The translations under genes were made by a program, and so were the position numbers. Positions 60,015 to 64,000 of a stretch of 64,000 bases of DNA are shown piece by piece. Source of the stretch: an uncultured Oscillospiraceae bacterium (GTDB lineage: Bacteria > Bacillota > Clostridia > Oscillospirales > Oscillospiraceae); the NCBI GenBank assembly GCA_910588455.1, contig CAJUPG010000001.1, positions 1,592 through 65,591 of the forward strand, in the 5' to 3' direction. How positions within the stretch are numbered: the first letter of the stretch is position 1; each line of letters starts with the position of its first letter. The notes beneath the pieces were generated by a model. The model did not search any database. It was not told the origin of the DNA and was given only the letters and a program-made list of their open reading frames with translations.

Positions 60015-60263
60015 TCATTCGGAATCCTCATAGTCGCGGCATACAAGTCCATATCCGGTCAGATATTTTCTTCCAAATATAATAATATCCCCCAAAACCG
60101 TTTCATCCTGTATCTCTACTTGAATTTCCTCCGTAAATACATGGTCTTTGCCGACTTTTAGAATGAATTCACACATTTCATAGATCCACTTTAATGTATT
60201 CCGCTTTTCATCCGAAAGGCCTCGAAAGATTGCTTCGTATTCCTGTGGTTGGTTTACTTTCAT
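60015..60263 (-). CDS. Hypothetical 82-aa protein, AT-rich
   Basis: AGAGGAG RBS 5 nt before ATG; no recognisable motif. Confidence 0.55.
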   Translation of the reverse strand: MKVNQPQEYEAIFRGLSDEKRNTLKWIYEMCEFILKVGKDHVFTEEIQVEIQDETVLGDIIIFGRKYLTGYGLVCRDYEDSE

Positions 60264-60323
60264 AAATTCTCCTCTTTACTACAACAATATTTCCAATTCG
60301 ACATCGTGTTCCTGGATCTGTTT

Positions 60324-60350
60324 GTAGGGGCCAGGCTCTGTCCTGGCCCG
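60324..60350 (+). repeat. GTAG-type REP-like element
   Basis: GTAG-GGGCCAGG-CTCTGT-CCTGGCCC-G. Confidence 0.55.
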
Positions 60351-60465
60351 TTGCCCCTTATATCTTAACACAGAAAGAATTGAAAAGTGGATGTATCTAT
60401 CCGTTCACCATAATTTGCAAAAATTTTTAGCCACCCCTTTTTATTGCACGCCTGCCGCCCCCCAC

Positions 60466-60512
60466 TTGCGCTCTCCCCTGCTCTGTGGTAAAATAATGCG
60501 AATTTATCCACA
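60466..60512 (+). promoter_or_regulatory. mnmG promoter with downstream DnaA box
   Basis: TTGCGC-17-TAAAAT with extended TG; TTATCCACA at 60504-60512. Confidence 0.6.
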
Positions 60513-60543
60513 ATTATTTCAGGAATCAGCGGAGGCATTTTCT

Positions 60544-62409
60544 ATGAGGACCTATCTGGCCGAAGAATTCGACGTAGCGGTGGTGGGGGCGGGCCACGCC
60601 GGCATTGAAGCTGCGCTGGCGGCCGCCCGCCTGGGGCTGCGGACTGTGTGCTTCACCGTCAATCTGGACGCGGTGGGCAATATGCCCTGTAACCCCGCCG
60701 TGGGGGGCACCGGCAAGGGCCATCTGGTCCGGGAACTGGATGCCCTGGGTGGCGAGATGGGAAAAGCCGCCGACAAGGCCTGTATCCAGTACCGGCTGCT
60801 CAACCGGGGCAAGGGGCCGGCGGTGTGGTCCCTCCGGGCCCAGGCCGACCGGCGGGAATACCAAAAAGTCATGAAACACACTCTGGAGCAGCAGGAAAAT
60901 TTATGGGTGAAGCAGGCGGAGATCGTCGAAATTTTAACGGAACAGGGCCAAGTTTCCGGGGTTCTCTCCCACACCGGGGCCGTCTACCCGGTCAAGGCCG
61001 CCGTCATTGCCACCGGCACCCACTTAGGCGGACGCACCATTGTGGGCGAGGTGGTCCGGAGCTCCGGCCCCGATGGATTGGCCGCCGCCCTCCCCCTGAC
61101 TGAGAGCCTGCAAGGGCTTGGTCTGACCCTCCGCCGGTTCAAAACGGGCACTCCGCCCCGCATACACGCCCGGAGCGTGGATTTTTCCCGGCTGGAGGTC
61201 CAGCCCGGGGACCCGGACGCCCTGCCCTTCTCCTTCTCCACCGCAAAAGTGCCGGAAAATCGGGCGGTCTGCTGGCTCACCGCCACCACCCCCGAGACCC
61301 ATGCGATCATCCGGGACAATTTAGACCGCTCTCCTCTCTTTTCCGGAGTCATTGAGGGGGTGGGGCCCCGGTACTGCCCTTCCATTGAGGATAAGGTGGT
61401 CCGCTTCGCGGACAAGCCCCGGCATCTGCTCTTTCTGGAGCCCATGGGACTGGACACAGAGGAGCTGTATTTACAGGGGTTTTCCTCCTCTCTGCCCGAG
61501 GAGGTCCAGCACAAAATGCTGCGGACCATCCCCGGCCTGGAACGGGCGGAAATGACCCGCTGCGCCTACGCCATCGAGTACGACTGCGTGGACCCCACCC
61601 AGCTGCTCCCCACCCTGGAGTGTAAAAAAATACCCGGCCTTTACGGCGCGGGGCAGTTCAACGGCTCGTCGGGCTATGAGGAAGCGGCGGTCCAGGGCTT
61701 TGTGGCGGGGGTCAACGCGGCCCGGAAGATTTTGGGACAGTCCCCCTTCACGCTGCGGCGAGATCAGGGCTATATCGGCGTTTTGATTGACGATTTGGTG
61801 ACAAAAGGGACCAATGAGCCCTATCGGATGATGACCTCCCGGACGGAGTACCGCATTCTCCACCGCCAGGACAACGCGGACCAGCGTCTCACCCCCATTG
61901 GCTGCGAGCTGGGACTGGTCTCCCGGGAACAGCTTACGCAGGTGCAAGAAAAATACCTGCAAGTGGAACGGGAAATGAAGCGCCTGGAACACACTGGAGC
62001 CCCTCCCGGCCCGGCGCTGGACCAGTTTTTGAAGGACCGGGGCGAACCCCCCGCCAAAAGCGGAGCCCGGCTGTCCGATTTGCTCCGGCGGCCTCCAGTG
62101 GCCTATCAGGACCTGGTGCTGCTGGACCCGGAACGGCCCGCCCTCTCCCCGGAGGTCTGCCAATCTGTAGAAATATCCATCAAATACCAGGGCTACATTG
62201 AGCGGCAGCTGCGGCAGGTCCGGGAGATGAAAAAGCTGGAGGAAAAACCCCTTCCGGCGGATCTGGACTACGCCCAGATTGGCGGCCTGCGGCTGGAGGC
62301 CCGGCAGAAGCTCAACCAGATCCGGCCCCTGAATTTGGGACAGGCCAGCCGGGTTTCCGGAGTCTCCCCGGCAGATATCGCCGTTTTGATGATTTATTTG
62401 GAGAAATAA
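60544..62409 (+). CDS. mnmG: tRNA uridine 5-carboxymethylaminomethyl modification enzyme MnmG (GidA)
   Basis: [48 protein letters not shown]. Confidence 0.97.
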   Translation: MRTYLAEEFDVAVVGAGHAGIEAALAAARLGLRTVCFTVNLDAVGNMPCNPAVGGTGKGHLVRELDALGGEMGKAADKACIQYRLLNRGKGPAVWSLRAQADRREYQKVMKHTLEQQENLWVKQAEIVEILTEQGQVSGVLSHTGAVYPVKAAVIATGTHLGGRTIVGEVVRSSGPDGLAAALPLTESLQGLGLTLRRFKTGTPPRIHARSVDFSRLEVQPGDPDALPFSFSTAKVPENRAVCWLTATTPETHAIIRDNLDRSPLFSGVIEGVGPRYCPSIEDKVVRFADKPRHLLFLEPMGLDTEELYLQGFSSSLPEEVQHKMLRTIPGLERAEMTRCAYAIEYDCVDPTQLLPTLECKKIPGLYGAGQFNGSSGYEEAAVQGFVAGVNAARKILGQSPFTLRRDQGYIGVLIDDLVTKGTNEPYRMMTSRTEYRILHRQDNADQRLTPIGCELGLVSREQLTQVQEKYLQVEREMKRLEHTGAPPGPALDQFLKDRGEPPAKSGARLSDLLRRPPVAYQDLVLLDPERPALSPEVCQSVEISIKYQGYIERQLRQVREMKKLEEKPLPADLDYAQIGGLRLEARQKLNQIRPLNLGQASRVSGVSPADIAVLMIYLEK

Positions 62410-62411
62410 CC

Positions 62412-63314
62412 ATGAAATTGACACAAGTGAAAGGAAATACCTGGGTCATTGAGGCCAATCAGTTCATCCCCCTCTACCGCCTGCCGGAAAATCGCTGCAT
62501 CCTGCTGGACACCGGCCTGCGGGAAGAGCGGGAAGAGCTGGAAGAGACGCTGCTCCAGGCGGGACTGACCCCGGCGGGGATTTTGTGTTCCCATGCCCAT
62601 ATCGACCACTGCGCCAACAATGGGTATTTGCAGGAAAAGTACGGAATTCCTGTAGCTTTGACCGCTCCGGAGGCGGGAATGTGCAGCAATCTTCTGACCT
62701 TGAAGTGCTATATGCTTATGCTTACCCCCAAGATGGTGGCGCAGGATTTGGGGGCGATGGTCCATGCCCCGGATGTGGTGATCCCCTCCCAGGACGGGCC
62801 GTTTTCCTTCGCGGGGGCGGAATTTCAAATAATCCAGACCCCCGGCCACTCCCCCGGCCACATCTGCACCGTCACACCGGACCGGGTATGCTATACTGCC
62901 GACGCGCTCCTCTCCTGTGAAATGATGCAAGCGAAACTCCCTTACAGTCTCAACCATCAGCTGGCCTGGACGAGCCGGGAAAAACTGCGTGCTCTGGACT
63001 GCGACGCCTTTATCATGGCCCACCGGGGAATATGCAGCCAAGTGGGAGAGCTCATTGCGGCCAACGACGCCCTGACCCTCCGGCGGGCCGGGGAGATTCG
63101 GCAGCTGGTTCAGGACTGGATGACCGCCAGCCAAATCGTCCATGGGGCGTGCCAGTATTATAAGCTCCTCTCCCACCATCCCCGGCGGGCCCTGCGGTTC
63201 GAGCGAAATATTCGGTTTTTCATTGAATTTCTGGTGGACCGGGGGGAACTGGCTATGGAGGTTCGGGACGGGATAACCATGTATCGAAACACGCAGCAAA
63301 AAGCCCTCCGGTAA
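62412..63314 (+). CDS. MBL-fold metallo-hydrolase
   Basis: LLDTG, SHAHIDH, TPGHSPGH, AH. Confidence 0.85.
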   Translation: MKLTQVKGNTWVIEANQFIPLYRLPENRCILLDTGLREEREELEETLLQAGLTPAGILCSHAHIDHCANNGYLQEKYGIPVALTAPEAGMCSNLLTLKCYMLMLTPKMVAQDLGAMVHAPDVVIPSQDGPFSFAGAEFQIIQTPGHSPGHICTVTPDRVCYTADALLSCEMMQAKLPYSLNHQLAWTSREKLRALDCDAFIMAHRGICSQVGELIAANDALTLRRAGEIRQLVQDWMTASQIVHGACQYYKLLSHHPRRALRFERNIRFFIEFLVDRGELAMEVRDGITMYRNTQQKALR

Positions 63315-63332
63315 ATCGGAGGGCTTTTTTGC
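63296..63332. terminator. Bidirectional terminator
   Basis: GCAAAAAGCCCTCCG-GTAAAT-CGGAGGGCTTTTTTGC. Confidence 0.88.
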
Positions 63333-63928
63333 TATTCCAGGGCCGCATGACGCAAAATTTCGTCCAGGAGTTCCTGCTTTCCTTCTCCCTTCTCAGCTGA
63401 AAAGGGAATCAGCTTTACATCTATGCCCAGCTCCAGAACATCCCGGATCTGCTGCAAATTGGGTTCAATCTCCTTCTTTTTCAGCTTATCCAGTTTGTTG
63501 GCCACCACCAGGAAAGGACATTCCGCTTCCTTGTACCACTGGGCCATGGTGCAGTCGTCGGCGGTGGGCTTATGGCGGGCGTCTACAATCAACACCCCCA
63601 AGCTCATAAGCGCCCGGTCGGCAAAATACTGCTCCATCAGCCTTCCCCACCGGTCCCGCTCCGCCTTGGACACCTTGGCATAGCCATATCCAGGCAGGTC
63701 CACCAGATAAAAGGCGTTGTCAATCGTAAAGTAATTGATCTGGGTGGTCTTGCCCGGCGCGGCCCCCACCCGGGCCAGATTTTTGCGGTTCAGCAGCCGG
63801 TTGATCACCGACGATTTCCCCACGTTGGAGCGGCCTGCAAAGGCAATTTGGGGCAGGCTGTCCCTGGGAAAGTCCCGAGGCGACACGGCGGAACGCAAAA
63901 ATTCCGCCCGCTGTAAATTGATTCCCAT
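63332..63928 (-). CDS. engB: Ribosome-biogenesis GTPase YihA/YsxC
   Basis: GRSNVGKSS, PGKT, DLPGYG, NKLDK, FSA. Confidence 0.96.
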   Translation of the reverse strand: MGINLQRAEFLRSAVSPRDFPRDSLPQIAFAGRSNVGKSSVINRLLNRKNLARVGAAPGKTTQINYFTIDNAFYLVDLPGYGYAKVSKAERDRWGRLMEQYFADRALMSLGVLIVDARHKPTADDCTMAQWYKEAECPFLVVANKLDKLKKKEIEPNLQQIRDVLELGIDVKLIPFSAEKGEGKQELLDEILRHAALE

Positions 63929-63937
63929 GTCGCCTCC

Positions 63938-64000
63938 TCACTGGCGCAGACGGCTGGCCGTCCGGCCCTTTCCCTTCCCTTCGGCCTCCTCCCGGCGCAG
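63938..64000 (-). CDS. 3' end of an upstream gene (possibly lon, by synteny only)
   Basis: Open frame LRREEAEGKGKGRTASRLRQ* ending at the engB RBS; lon-ysxC is the usual Firmicute order. Confidence 0.4.
   Translation of the reverse strand: MRREEAEGKGKGRTASRLRQ

Noticed and set aside
60504..60512. oriC near mnmG
   Set aside because: Only a single DnaA box, with no box cluster and no dnaA, dnaN or rpmH nearby.

Overview
GC-rich chromosomal segment from a spore-forming clostridial Firmicute, with gene content and style suggesting Oscillospiraceae (inference). It holds about 55 CDS and one tRNA-Pro(UGG). I saw no CRISPR array, prophage or transposase. Left to right: a c-di-GMP phosphorelay (HD-GYP/GGDEF, Hpt, hybrid kinase); cdaR-like, rsuA, mscS and DtxR-family genes; a 7-kb cyclic beta-1,2-glucan synthase; ymfF-ymfH-lgt-folD; a CIRCE-controlled hsp20/clpB pair; fdx-malQ-cobB; an orphan clpC; an MCP; purB; murD with three M42 peptidases; a Xer-type tyrosine recombinase; a long minus-strand block (Zn-ribbon/ABC module, comEC, holA, rnmV, ynbB-like, yunB, vanZ-like, ligA); an alanine/glycine symporter; mnmG; and engB. 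The most notable candidate is a perfectly symmetric dif-like site (GGTAAACAAAA-TTTTTA-TTTTGTTTACC) directly upstream of the single Xer gene. It lies where gene orientation and GGGNAGGG polarity appear to switch, which suggests a XerS/difSL-style single-recombinase dimer-resolution locus. Other candidates are a possibly forespore-expressed cyclic glucan synthase in a monoderm, layered heat-shock control (two CIRCEs, an internal terminator, a thermometer-like leader), a terminator/sigK-promoter/SD-occlusion device, a CTG-start TetR, a 24-aa sORF, GTAG-type REP elements, and a DnaA box in the mnmG leader. All motif calls were made by eye.
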